A DNA stretch of 64,000 bases from Candidatus Woesearchaeota archaeon. Lineage in GTDB: Archaea > Nanobdellota > Nanobdellia > SCGC-AAA011-G17 > JACPNG01. Shown here in pieces: positions 28,003 to 36,983 of this stretch. The first letter of the stretch is position 1; each line of letters begins with the position of its first letter. The DNA lies in the NCBI GenBank assembly GCA_964455655.1, contig CAYVWZ010000003.1:804-64803 (forward strand), in the 5' to 3' direction. The notes beneath the pieces were generated by a model, which saw only the letters and a program-made list of their open reading frames with translations, had not been told where the DNA came from and did no database searches. The position numbers and the translations under genes are program-made.

Positions 28003-28767
28003 ATGTTTAATGATGTTCTCTTTTGGTGTGAATTTCCAGAAGAAGTTGATTGGAAGCGTTTGAATATTTTACTAGAAGGGAAGAAGTGTCGTATTTTCTT
28101 TGCGTCTCGTTCTCGAGAGGAGTATGAGTCTTATAAAAAAAGGATTAAAGTCAGTGCTGTTAAGACAGGGGTATGGCCGATTCTTCCGTTACAGGAGGGG
28201 TATTGGTTTTCTGGTTTTACTTCAAGAAAAAATATTGATTTCTTAAAAGAATTTTCAGGTATTCCTATGAAGATTGATATTGAACCTCCGTTTCCTGGCA
28301 AAGAGTATACTCATGCAAAAGCTTTTGCATGGATGATTGATTACATGTTCGTGAAGACTGCTCAAAATAATGAATATTTAGCTCAAGTGATTCAAGAAGT
28401 AGCCAAGAAAAATGAGGTTATTGTCTCGGGGTTTGCGCTTCCTAAGAAAGTACGTCAAAAATATGGTGATCCTATTCATCTTAAACTAAAAAGGAATTTT
28501 ATTTGTTATTCTACGTTCTTTCCTGCATCATGGTTATTCTTTGAAGAGTTCTTATCCGGGAATAAAGGAGTTCTAACGTACGCAGCAATAGGTTTAGCAA
28601 ATCATGGTATTTTTGGAAACGAGCCAGAATATGATTGTCTTGACGAGTTTGTGCGTGATGTTAAAAAGGTTAAAACATCAGGTGTTCAGAATATAGTTGT
28701 CTATTCTATTGAGGGTATTCTCAAAAAGCCTGATGCTGATGAATGGTTACGAGTAGTTTTCGAGTAA
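28003..28767 (+). CDS. hypothetical protein
   Basis: 254-aa ORF with no motif recognised. It is convergent with, and overlaps by 21 nt, the glycosyltransferase gene. Confidence 0.45.
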   Translation: MFNDVLFWCEFPEEVDWKRLNILLEGKKCRIFFASRSREEYESYKKRIKVSAVKTGVWPILPLQEGYWFSGFTSRKNIDFLKEFSGIPMKIDIEPPFPGKEYTHAKAFAWMIDYMFVKTAQNNEYLAQVIQEVAKKNEVIVSGFALPKKVRQKYGDPIHLKLKRNFICYSTFFPASWLFFEEFLSGNKGVLTYAAIGLANHGIFGNEPEYDCLDEFVRDVKKVKTSGVQNIVVYSIEGILKKPDADEWLRVVFE

Positions 28768-29802
28768 ATAGTCTGCTAAAAATTTTGCACCGTTTGATGG
28801 AGCATGATATGTAGCAACTTTTTCTTGATAGAGTTTAAGGTTTTTCAAGAATTGTGTTATGCTGCGTTCAGGGTGTTCTGCATCACCTTCCATAATATAT
28901 TCTTTGAGTGCGTACGTGTTAAGTGTTTGTTCAACGTGGTCTTTGATGGGGAAGACGAGCATTGGTTTCTTGAATGCTAATCCCTCTGTTAGGGTAAGAT
29001 TGCCTCCTAAAGTAATGAGTGCTTTTGCAACTTTCAAATAGTCTAAGAAGTTATTTTTGAATTTGTAGTGGTGTGCTGCTATGGTCTTTGTGCTTCCAAA
29101 GAAAATGAATTCTTCATTGAATTGTGGGAGGCAGTCTCTGATGCGCTGTGCAAGGTAGACTCCATAGTTTGATCCTCCGAGCATGATTAATACGGGTTTT
29201 TTCTTTAGTTTTAGTTTTTTCATTAATGTGGTTTCTGAGGGTAATTGCGATGGGGTTCTTTTGATAAGTGGAGGGATATAGTGCAGATTTCCTTTTGAAT
29301 AATGTTTAGTAAATGAGGGTATGAAGACATGGTTTGATTGTTTGTAGAGTTTGTTTAAGTACTCTGCTTGTAGTTTGAGAACTGATGTTTTCTTTGTATA
29401 TGACTTGAATAATTCTGGATCATATGCAAAAACACTAATGACGGGTTTTCTTATTTTCTTTCCGATGATGTTTGCGATAGGTTCAAAGTCTGAAATAATA
29501 ACATCAGGGTCGAATCGTATAATTGTTCTTCTATGTTTCATCCATGCGTGTGCCCATTTTGTTGGGAGTAATAAATTTTTTAACACAAAGGGGAGAGGTT
29601 TGAAGTGTAATTTATAGTCTGGAAAGGTATACCCTCCCATTTTGAGGGTGAGATATTTTTTATGGAAGTAATTATAGCTGTGGTCGTATCCTAAAATCAT
29701 TATTCGTAGGTTCTTTGTTCTTGGTCGTAGTTCATCAATGAGAGCTTTCATTCTCATGGTATCACCATATCCGAATCCTGTAATAACGAAGAGAACTTTC
29801 AT
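28747..29802 (-). CDS. GT-B glycosyltransferase (GT28/MJ1255-like)
   Basis: N-terminal MKVLFVITGFGYGDTMR and the C-terminal GGNLTLTEGLAFKKPMLVFP...EQTLN pattern of MurG/GT28-type enzymes. It is a paralog of 45553..46686. Confidence 0.6.
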   Translation of the reverse strand: MKVLFVITGFGYGDTMRMKALIDELRPRTKNLRIMILGYDHSYNYFHKKYLTLKMGGYTFPDYKLHFKPLPFVLKNLLLPTKWAHAWMKHRRTIIRFDPDVIISDFEPIANIIGKKIRKPVISVFAYDPELFKSYTKKTSVLKLQAEYLNKLYKQSNHVFIPSFTKHYSKGNLHYIPPLIKRTPSQLPSETTLMKKLKLKKKPVLIMLGGSNYGVYLAQRIRDCLPQFNEEFIFFGSTKTIAAHHYKFKNNFLDYLKVAKALITLGGNLTLTEGLAFKKPMLVFPIKDHVEQTLNTYALKEYIMEGDAEHPERSITQFLKNLKLYQEKVATYHAPSNGAKFLADYLLENYS

Positions 29803-30419
29803 TGGAGTTTGTAGAATTTTTCCGCGTAGCGTACTCGTATCTTCCTCCCGTACTTAAGAGCGCGATAAATAACAGGTATTTTTTGAAGGATAACAGAGAT
29901 TTTCTCTGTTGTGAAATAATTCATCATTGCGAGTTTTTGTTTGAAGTAGGGTGTAATGTCGACATAGACCGTTGGGTGTGCTTCGTCGGTGATGTTCCAT
30001 ACTTCGTATGCGTAGAGTTCTACATTGCTTCCGTCTAATACTTTCATTCCAAAGTCATAGACTGCGCGGTGGTCTGGGTGTACATCATTTCCTGCGGGTA
30101 AGTATGCTTTCTCTGGTTTTTCTCTTCGTAATAAGTTTCGTATTTCTTCTTCTACGGTATTAAGTTCAGTTCCAACTTTTTGATCAGGTAATTGATAAAA
30201 GACGGTTTCGTGTATTCCAAATTCTCTCGCTACTGCTAATGCTTCTCTTTCTCTTCTCTTCGTAATGATTTCTTCTTTCAAGTGAGGGTTTGATAATTGT
30301 CCTGCTGAGAATACTAATTTTACGATACGATATCCTTCTGCAATATGTTTGAGAACAGTTCCCCCTAATCCTATTTCTAGATCATCATTGTGGGGAGAAA
30401 AAACAACAATTGTTTTCAT
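29799..30419 (-). CDS. PIG-L/LmbE family de-N-acetylase
   Basis: VFSPHNDDLEIGLGGT (P-H-x-D-D) and HPDHRAV motifs. A 4-nt overlap links it to the GT gene. Confidence 0.8.
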   Translation of the reverse strand: MKTIVVFSPHNDDLEIGLGGTVLKHIAEGYRIVKLVFSAGQLSNPHLKEEIITKRREREALAVAREFGIHETVFYQLPDQKVGTELNTVEEEIRNLLRREKPEKAYLPAGNDVHPDHRAVYDFGMKVLDGSNVELYAYEVWNITDEAHPTVYVDITPYFKQKLAMMNYFTTEKISVILQKIPVIYRALKYGRKIRVRYAEKFYKLQ

Positions 30420-30464
30420 AGGTATAAAAAGAAATTGAGATTATATAAAGCATATGATAAAGAA

Positions 30465-30557
30465 TGCACCGGCCGGGATTCGAACCCGGATCCCCAGCTC
30501 ACTTCATGACGGTAGTCATTTGGAAGGCTGAAATACTAGCCATTATACCACCGGTGC
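30465..30557 (-). tRNA. tRNA-Gly(UCC) with a 21-nt canonical (37/38) intron
   Basis: Acceptor GCACCGG/CCGGTGC plus A. Anticodon stem TCAGC/GCTGG encloses CTTCCA[AATGACTACCGTCATGAAGTG]A, and the intron forms an ATGAC/GTCAT hairpin. T-arm is CCGGG-TTCGAAT-CCCGG. Confidence 0.8.
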
Positions 30558-30597
30558 TTTTACAATGAGGTCCCTTTCTAAGATATTATAAATGTTT

Positions 30598-31938
30598 CTA
30601 GGACATTTCTTGTTTTGCTTTTTTGAGCGCTTCTTCTATTTGTTGAGGTGTCCAGCCCTTTCCGAGAAGGTTGTTTTTGATTTGGAGAACATCCATATTT
30701 ACAGTAAGACACTTCTTTACATAGAGGGTTACGGGTTCAAGATTCAGACTTTTCTTTGGTGCTTTGTCGATGAGTACTTTTCTTAATTCCCATTCTGCTT
30801 CGTTGAACGCGTAGATAATTTGTGCTTTTGTCCATCCTTGTAAGAAGAGGAGTTTAGTAATTTCTTTCTTTAGTTTTCCTTGATCTACTGATTTTTTGAT
30901 GTAATCTTTTACTTTTTCAAGATCGATAGTGTTGATGAATGGTGATTTTCCTCTTGTAATACTACGGAAGTCTCCTTTACCTCTATAGGCATTAAAGTAG
31001 AATATTCCTACAATGAGCACAAGGAGTACAATAACAATAATCATCCAGGGTATTGGTTTTTTTGCTGGCGCACAATCTTCTGGGCAGGTTATTCCGTCTT
31101 CAAAAGGTGTTTGGCATACACTGTCTCCGCATTCATAATCTTTGATTTCTGTTCCTGAAGTGTTTTGTTCTGTTTGTGGTTGTGATGTGAGAATGATTGT
31201 TTTGTAATTGAAGAGTTCTTCTGCAGTAATGCTTACTCCTTCAACAGCATAGGTTAAGGTTACAGGATTATTGAGATTACTAAATGTTGAAGTGTACGTA
31301 TTCCCCTTGCTTGTTATTCCAGGTGTTTTGTTCTTAATAGAAGCATGAGGTATTTCTTTAGGTACTTCTTGAACGATATCTACTTGTCCGGTGTTTTGTT
31401 TTGGAGTAATTGTTGTAGTGATGACGCTTATTTTTTTACTAATATCAGAATAGAGGTCTACGTCATAGACGGTTACGGTCATAACAATGTTATAGTTTTG
31501 TTGTGAGAAGTATACATCATTACCATTCATGGTGTAGGGTTGAACATCTGCTGGTTCTGCAATAAATGTATCAACGAACTTTCTTTCAAGTCTTGCATGT
31601 TTTGGTAAGGGATCGGTTAGTGTCTGCCATTCTTGGTAGAGTTGTTCTATTTCACTTCGTTGGATGCTTTCGCTCTTTGTGGATGTAGTAATATTGTTAA
31701 GTTTTGTTTCGTATGATTTGAGTGTTGCTTCGTTAACATTCCATCCCATTATAGAGAAGAGTTCTGGAAATTCTCGTTGGTAGTTGACTAAATTAATGCG
31801 TGCTGATTGGAATGTGCTAAGTTCTTCGGCGTAAGTTGCTTTTCCTGTGAGTGCTGGATTATTAATGAAGACAAGTCCGAAGAATACTGCTAGAACGATG
31901 AGCACTGCCTGTATGTGGCTGGGATGTTTTGATTTCAC
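30598..31938 (-). CDS. bitopic membrane protein: extracellular domain, Cys knot motif, TM, two cytosolic YIK..GW..QI..A modules
   Basis: N-terminal anchor, CGDSVCQTPFEDGITCPEDC, then TM PWMIIVIVLLVLIVGIFYF. It ends in two repeats (VKDYIKKSVDQGKLKKEITKLLFLQGWTKAQIIYAFNEAE and VTLYVKKCLTVNMDVLQIKNNLLGKGWTPQQIEEALKKAK). Confidence 0.6.
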   Translation of the reverse strand: MKSKHPSHIQAVLIVLAVFFGLVFINNPALTGKATYAEELSTFQSARINLVNYQREFPELFSIMGWNVNEATLKSYETKLNNITTSTKSESIQRSEIEQLYQEWQTLTDPLPKHARLERKFVDTFIAEPADVQPYTMNGNDVYFSQQNYNIVMTVTVYDVDLYSDISKKISVITTTITPKQNTGQVDIVQEVPKEIPHASIKNKTPGITSKGNTYTSTFSNLNNPVTLTYAVEGVSITAEELFNYKTIILTSQPQTEQNTSGTEIKDYECGDSVCQTPFEDGITCPEDCAPAKKPIPWMIIVIVLLVLIVGIFYFNAYRGKGDFRSITRGKSPFINTIDLEKVKDYIKKSVDQGKLKKEITKLLFLQGWTKAQIIYAFNEAEWELRKVLIDKAPKKSLNLEPVTLYVKKCLTVNMDVLQIKNNLLGKGWTPQQIEEALKKAKQEMS

Positions 31939-32002
31939 AGATGTTTTTCAGGAGAAGTATTATATAAAGGTTTCAGGGGTTTGAGAACTTAGCTCCCATA
32001 GG

Positions 32003-32010
32003 TTTATAAA
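32003..32010 (+). promoter_or_regulatory. TATA-like box; secF probably leaderless
   Basis: TTTATAAA is centred about 29 nt upstream of ATG 32035, with no SD between. Confidence 0.35.
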
Positions 32011-32034
32011 GCAATATTTTTGGGATTTCTAGTT

Positions 32035-32910
32035 ATGAGCTTCGGCGATTGGTATTACAATAATTTGGGGAAATTGTTAATAGTTACGCTTATTATTTTT
32101 GCTGCTGCATTTGTTGTAATTGGTAAAACTATCCATGATACTGGTGATTTTGTCTTAAAAGATGTTAGTCTTACAGGTGGGGTTTCTGCTCGTGTTCAAA
32201 TTCCTGTTGAAGTTGATAAGGTAGAAGCTGCTCTTGAGAGTTCTCTTGGCCAGGATGTTCTTGTAAAGCGTCTTGCTGAGTTTGGTTCTGATGAACAGAC
32301 AGGTTTTACGGTTGAAGCTGGCGGTGATATTACTGCTGATCAATTAGAAGATGCGCTTCATACTGAATTAGGTTTAGAATTGAATGATGAAAATTTCTCT
32401 GTTGAACAAACGGGTTCTAGTCTTGGTCAAAGTTTCTATAAGCAAATGGTTGGTGCTATTGCGTTTGCGTTCTTGTTAATGGCTATTGTTGTATTTATTA
32501 CGTTCCGTGCATTTATTCCAAGTATCGCTGTTGTTGCTGCAGCGTTGTTCGATATGGTTGCAACGATTGCAGTGTTAGATATCTTTGGTATTAAGCTTTC
32601 TACAGCGGGTATTGCTGCATTGTTATTGTTGATTGGTTATTCTATTGATACTGATGTGTTGTTAACAACTCGTGTTTTGAGACGTGATGGTGAAACAAAA
32701 GAAAAGATATTTTCCAGTATTAAGACAGGTATGACTATGACGTTTACTGCTATTGCTGCTTTGCTTGCAGGTCTTCTTGTTTCAAATTCAGATGTTATTC
32801 GAGAGATGTTCCTTATTGTTATTGTAGGTCTTGGATTTGATTTGATTAGTACATGGGTTACAAATGTATGGTTAGTACGATGGTATGCGGAGCGTAAAAA
32901 ACATGCTTAA
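32035..32910 (+). CDS. secF: protein-export membrane protein SecF
   Basis: Six-TM protein with one periplasmic loop, immediately upstream of and overlapping secD. The start is moved from the TTG at 32020 to ATG 32035. Confidence 0.8.
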   Translation: MSFGDWYYNNLGKLLIVTLIIFAAAFVVIGKTIHDTGDFVLKDVSLTGGVSARVQIPVEVDKVEAALESSLGQDVLVKRLAEFGSDEQTGFTVEAGGDITADQLEDALHTELGLELNDENFSVEQTGSSLGQSFYKQMVGAIAFAFLLMAIVVFITFRAFIPSIAVVAAALFDMVATIAVLDIFGIKLSTAGIAALLLLIGYSIDTDVLLTTRVLRRDGETKEKIFSSIKTGMTMTFTAIAALLAGLLVSNSDVIREMFLIVIVGLGFDLISTWVTNVWLVRWYAERKKHA

Positions 32911-34654
32911 GAAGATTACTGCTGTTCCTTGGCGTATTTGGATATTGATTATTGCATTAATTGCTGCAGTGATTATTATTGCTCCTAATCCTTGGGCTAC
33001 AGGTTTGAATATTCATCAAGTTGATGCTGCTTCTCCTGCATATGAGTTAGGTATTCGTTCTGGTCAAAAGTTAGTTTCTATTAATGATGTTCCGATTAAG
33101 GATTTAGAGAGTTATAATCAAGCATTAGATGCATATCGTCATCCTCCTGTTAATATTACGTTCGGATTAAGAGATGGTAAGAATGCTACTATTATTGTTG
33201 TAGAGGATCTTGATCTTAAAGTTGATGCAAAGTTAGAGGTGTTGCGAAGTGGTTATCCTCAATTGAATCGTAATGCTATGATTGTTTCTGTTAATGGTGT
33301 CAATGTTACTTCTGTTGATGCGATGAATAAAGAGATTGATAAGGTTCTTCCTTCAAAGCGTTTGGTTATTGTTGCTGGTGATGCTGTTGCTGCATATTAT
33401 GCGCGTGGTGCTCCTGAAATTACGGTTGTTAAACAACAAACAAGTCGTATTAACAAGGGTCTTGATTTAGCTGGTGGTACGAGGGTGTTGATTAAGCCTG
33501 TAAGTAATGAGTCTATTAGTGATGAAAATGTTACGGACATGATTAATGTGCTACAAAATCGTCTTGATGTTTTCGGATTATCTGATGTGTATATTCGTGA
33601 GGCTAAAGATCTTCAAGGTACTCAGTATGTATTAATTGAAATTGCTGGTTTATCAAAGCGTGATGTTCAGAAGATTCTTGAGTCACAAGGTAAGTTTGAA
33701 GCGCGTATTGGTGATGATGTTGTATTCACCGGTGGTAAGAAGGATATTCAGTTTGTTTGTAGAAATGATGGTACATGTTCTGGTATTAGGAGTTGTAATG
33801 CAGTCAGTGGTGGTCAAACTCAATGTTCGTTCCAATTCCAGATTCGTTTAAGTCCTGATGCTGCTGCTCATCATGCTGAGGTTACAAAGGATATTCCTGT
33901 AGTTACGAGTCAGAGTGGTTCTCAAGTTCTTGAAAAGAAGATTGATTTCTATCTTGATGATGCTCTTGTGAGTAGTTTAGATATTGGTGCTGATTTGAAA
34001 GGTTCTGCAGTTCAGGATATTGCTATTTCTGGTCCAGGTGTTGGTGATTCTCAAGAGGCTGCAGCTGCTGATGCTCAGCAAGAGATGGAATTCTTACAGA
34101 GTGTTCTGATTACAGGTTCATTACCTTATGATATTGAAATTGTAAAGATTGATACTATTTCTCCTTCTCTTGGGGATGAGTTCTTATCAAATGCATTTTT
34201 AGTAATGGCTCTTGCGCTTGTTGGTGTTGCTCTTGTTATTTATTTCAGATATCGTCGAATGATTATTGTTATTCCTATGGTTCTTACTATGCTCTTTGAA
34301 ATTTTCTTAACAGTTGCTTTTGCTCCTATCTTAAAGTGGAATCTTGATCTTGTTTCTATTGCGGGTATTATTGCTGCTGTAGGTACAGGTGTTGATGATC
34401 AGATTGTTATTGCTGATGAGGTTCTTCGTGGTGAACAAAATCAAACTTCTTGGAAAGTTCGTATGAAGAATGCGTTCTTTATTATTTTCTCAGCATATGC
34501 TGTTACGCTTGCTGCTATGCTTCCATTGTTTAGAGCTGGTGCTGGTTTAGTTCGTGGTTTTGCTATCACAACGATTGTTGGTGTTACGATTGGTATCTTA
34601 ATTACTCGTCCTGCGTATGCTGCGTTTGTTGAGAAAATGTTAAGGAAAGAATAA
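32885..34654 (+). CDS. secD: protein-export membrane protein SecD with an N-terminal tandem PDZ-like insert
   Basis: GLDLAGGTRVLIKP (conserved start of the SecD P1 head) and a C-terminal 5-TM bundle containing GTGVDDQIVI. About 150 extra residues lie between TM1 and the head. An alternative start is ATG 32903. Confidence 0.8.
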   Translation: MRSVKNMLKKITAVPWRIWILIIALIAAVIIIAPNPWATGLNIHQVDAASPAYELGIRSGQKLVSINDVPIKDLESYNQALDAYRHPPVNITFGLRDGKNATIIVVEDLDLKVDAKLEVLRSGYPQLNRNAMIVSVNGVNVTSVDAMNKEIDKVLPSKRLVIVAGDAVAAYYARGAPEITVVKQQTSRINKGLDLAGGTRVLIKPVSNESISDENVTDMINVLQNRLDVFGLSDVYIREAKDLQGTQYVLIEIAGLSKRDVQKILESQGKFEARIGDDVVFTGGKKDIQFVCRNDGTCSGIRSCNAVSGGQTQCSFQFQIRLSPDAAAHHAEVTKDIPVVTSQSGSQVLEKKIDFYLDDALVSSLDIGADLKGSAVQDIAISGPGVGDSQEAAAADAQQEMEFLQSVLITGSLPYDIEIVKIDTISPSLGDEFLSNAFLVMALALVGVALVIYFRYRRMIIVIPMVLTMLFEIFLTVAFAPILKWNLDLVSIAGIIAAVGTGVDDQIVIADEVLRGEQNQTSWKVRMKNAFFIIFSAYAVTLAAMLPLFRAGAGLVRGFAITTIVGVTIGILITRPAYAAFVEKMLRKE

Positions 34655-34656
34655 GT

Positions 34657-35466
34657 TTATTTTTGATAGATGTTTTTTTGAGGTTCTTTTGGATCATTAA
34701 TAATGTTTGATAAGTAGGTGTTAACAGAGAAGTTTTCTTTGGATAATGGTGTAATATGGAATGTATCAATATTTCCGATAATGGTTTGTAGTATTCTTAT
34801 TTTGCTATCATTTCTCATTTTTTCTTTTGTTTGGTCTGCTATTGCTGATGTTTTATTATCGCTAACAATGAGTATTCCTGCTGCGCGTATTCCTATGTCT
34901 TTTGCTCTTGAGAGGAATGCGGAAAGTTCCATTTCTAGTGTTGAGGCATGGAGTTGAGTATAGGTAGTGTGGGGAAGTTGGAAGGTTACTGCTGGGACTG
35001 AGATGTTTGCTCCATTTACGAAGGGGATGTAATGTTCTGTAAAGAGTTTTTCTAGTGTTGTTTTGAGTTCTTGATCTGGTGTTCCTTCTCTTCTTTCAGG
35101 GTTTATTGGTGTGTAGACTCCATCAAAATGGTATGATTTTTCTGGTATTACTACTCTTCCTATTTCTAAATTTTTAAGTCCTCCATACGCATATCCTATG
35201 AACAGTGTAGTTCTGCAACCGCCATCTGCGAGATGTGTAAGAACGTCCATAATTGCTGGTGCGCCGTAAACATTGAATAATACAGGATATGTTTTGTTAT
35301 TTTTTGTGCAGAGGTAGACGTGATAGACGAGGTCTTTTTTGTGTAGTGTTTTATCAAAAAATTTGAGTATTTTTTCTTCGAATTCTTGTCCGTGTTGTCC
35401 TCCGATAATGATTGCGACATCGTCGAAAGTTCCGTTATCAAAAAGTAGTTTTGCCCAGTCTCCCAT
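34657..35466 (-). CDS. nucleoside phosphorylase-I family protein (PNP/UDP-like)
   Basis: The LFIGYAYGG ... STLEMELSAF ... ILIVSDN pattern matches the G-x-G / E-M-E / S-D signature order of the PNP_UDP_1 fold. Confidence 0.55.
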   Translation of the reverse strand: MGDWAKLLFDNGTFDDVAIIIGGQHGQEFEEKILKFFDKTLHKKDLVYHVYLCTKNNKTYPVLFNVYGAPAIMDVLTHLADGGCRTTLFIGYAYGGLKNLEIGRVVIPEKSYHFDGVYTPINPERREGTPDQELKTTLEKLFTEHYIPFVNGANISVPAVTFQLPHTTYTQLHASTLEMELSAFLSRAKDIGIRAAGILIVSDNKTSAIADQTKEKMRNDSKIRILQTIIGNIDTFHITPLSKENFSVNTYLSNIINDPKEPQKNIYQK

Positions 35467-35498
35467 GGTGTGTTTATAGTTGTTCTTTTTTTAAGGAT

Positions 35499-36983
35499 TT
35501 AGGAGTCAAACTCTATGAATGGTTCTGAGGTTATGTATTCTAGTGCGTATTCTAATTTTTTAGGATTTTCTGCAAAGATGGTATAGATAATGTCTCCTTT
35601 TTTCAGTATGCTTCCTTTTTTTGCGTGGAGGTATATTCCTGCTCTCTTATCTTTTGGTGCTCCTGCTATTCTTGCTGCTTTTGATATTCTCTTGTTATCG
35701 ATATGAGTGATTGTTGCATTTTTCTTTGCGGTTATTGCTTGATGATATTTTCCTGGGAGTAATTCTGCTATGCTGAGGTGGTTTTTCCCTCCTTGTGCGA
35801 TTGCTATTTGTTTGAATTTTTTGAGTGCTTTTCCGCTTTCGAGCATTTCCATTGCTGTTTGTTCTGCGTGTTTGTGTCCTGCGAGTTTGAGGAGTTGTGC
35901 TGCCATGTATACTGCTTTTTTTCTGAGGTCTTCTGGTCCTCCTCCTGATAAGACTGATAATACGTCTCTTGCTTCTAATAAGGGTCCTATTCCATTTCCT
36001 ACGGGTTGGCTTCCATCAGTGAGTATTACTTTTGTTTTGATTCCTATTCTTGCTCCTAGTTTTGTGAATTGTTTTTTGAGAGTTTTTGCGTCTTTTTTGT
36101 TTGCAAGTTTTGCTCCTCTTCCATAGGGTACATCAATAAGTACGTGTGTTGCTCCTACTGCTTTTTTCTTTGCCATGATGCTTGCAAGGAGCATTCCTCT
36201 TGGGTCTAAGGAGAGTGTTCTTTCAATATTGATGATAATGTCGTCTGCGCTGGCGAGTTCGAATGTTCCTCCCCATACCATGCAGGCATTTGTTTTTTGT
36301 ATTACTTTTTTTATTTGTTCTTTGCTTAAGGTTACAGGTGCTATTACTTCCATAGTGTCTGCTGTTCCTGCGGGGCTAGTAATGCTTCTGCTACTTGTCT
36401 TGATCATAGAATATCCTGCTGCTGCGACGATAGGGATAACAATCATAGTTGTTCTATTTCCTGCTACTCCTCCTACACAGTGTTTGTCAAGGAGCATTTT
36501 CTGTGTTGTGGGCAAGCTTCCTCCGTAATGGACGAGTGCTTCTGTGAGTGCTGTTGTTTCGTCGAGGGTGAATCCTCTTGTATAAACTCCTGAAATAAAG
36601 TAGGTGAGGTCTATTGTTGTTAGAGAGTTATTAACAATTCCTTGTACAATGCTATTAATTTCTGTTGTGCTTAATGTTTTTCCATCGAGTTTTTTCTTAA
36701 TACTCCATACGCTTAATGGTCTTTGGTATGGTGTGATATGGACAGTATCGTGATTTTTTAGTTTGAGTTGATTAAGTACTTCTGTGTAGAGTCCTATTTG
36801 TCCTTGTCGTATTCCTCTGTTTGAAATATTAACCAGAACAATTAATTCTTTATTTTTTGCTGTAATTTTTACTCTGTCTAGTGCGTTGATGTCTCTCTTT
36901 GCTGCGTCTTCTTGGTTGAGGATAACAATGTATGTTCCTCCTGCATTAAGGTTTACGTCTTTTACTTCAAGTTTCATAGTCAT
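35499..36983 (-). CDS. deoA: AMP phosphorylase (thymidine phosphorylase family with N-terminal extension)
   Basis: KHCVGGVAGNRTT, IKTSSRSITSPAGTADTMEV, LSLDPRGMLLASIMAKK and GAPKDKRAGI, plus the ~80-aa N-terminal domain characteristic of archaeal AMPpase. Confidence 0.85.
   Translation of the reverse strand: MTMKLEVKDVNLNAGGTYIVILNQEDAAKRDINALDRVKITAKNKELIVLVNISNRGIRQGQIGLYTEVLNQLKLKNHDTVHITPYQRPLSVWSIKKKLDGKTLSTTEINSIVQGIVNNSLTTIDLTYFISGVYTRGFTLDETTALTEALVHYGGSLPTTQKMLLDKHCVGGVAGNRTTMIVIPIVAAAGYSMIKTSSRSITSPAGTADTMEVIAPVTLSKEQIKKVIQKTNACMVWGGTFELASADDIIINIERTLSLDPRGMLLASIMAKKKAVGATHVLIDVPYGRGAKLANKKDAKTLKKQFTKLGARIGIKTKVILTDGSQPVGNGIGPLLEARDVLSVLSGGGPEDLRKKAVYMAAQLLKLAGHKHAEQTAMEMLESGKALKKFKQIAIAQGGKNHLSIAELLPGKYHQAITAKKNATITHIDNKRISKAARIAGAPKDKRAGIYLHAKKGSILKKGDIIYTIFAENPKKLEYALEYITSEPFIEFDS

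Noticed and set aside
24166-30557. Integrated element bounded by tRNA genes (tRNA-Arg to tRNA-Gly), with a search for att-type direct repeats of tRNA 3' ends
   Set aside because: By eye there is no integrase or recombinase and no duplicated tRNA 3' segment. Most genes in between have native-looking codon usage. Only the 24.2-25.9 kb islet is kept as a weak finding.
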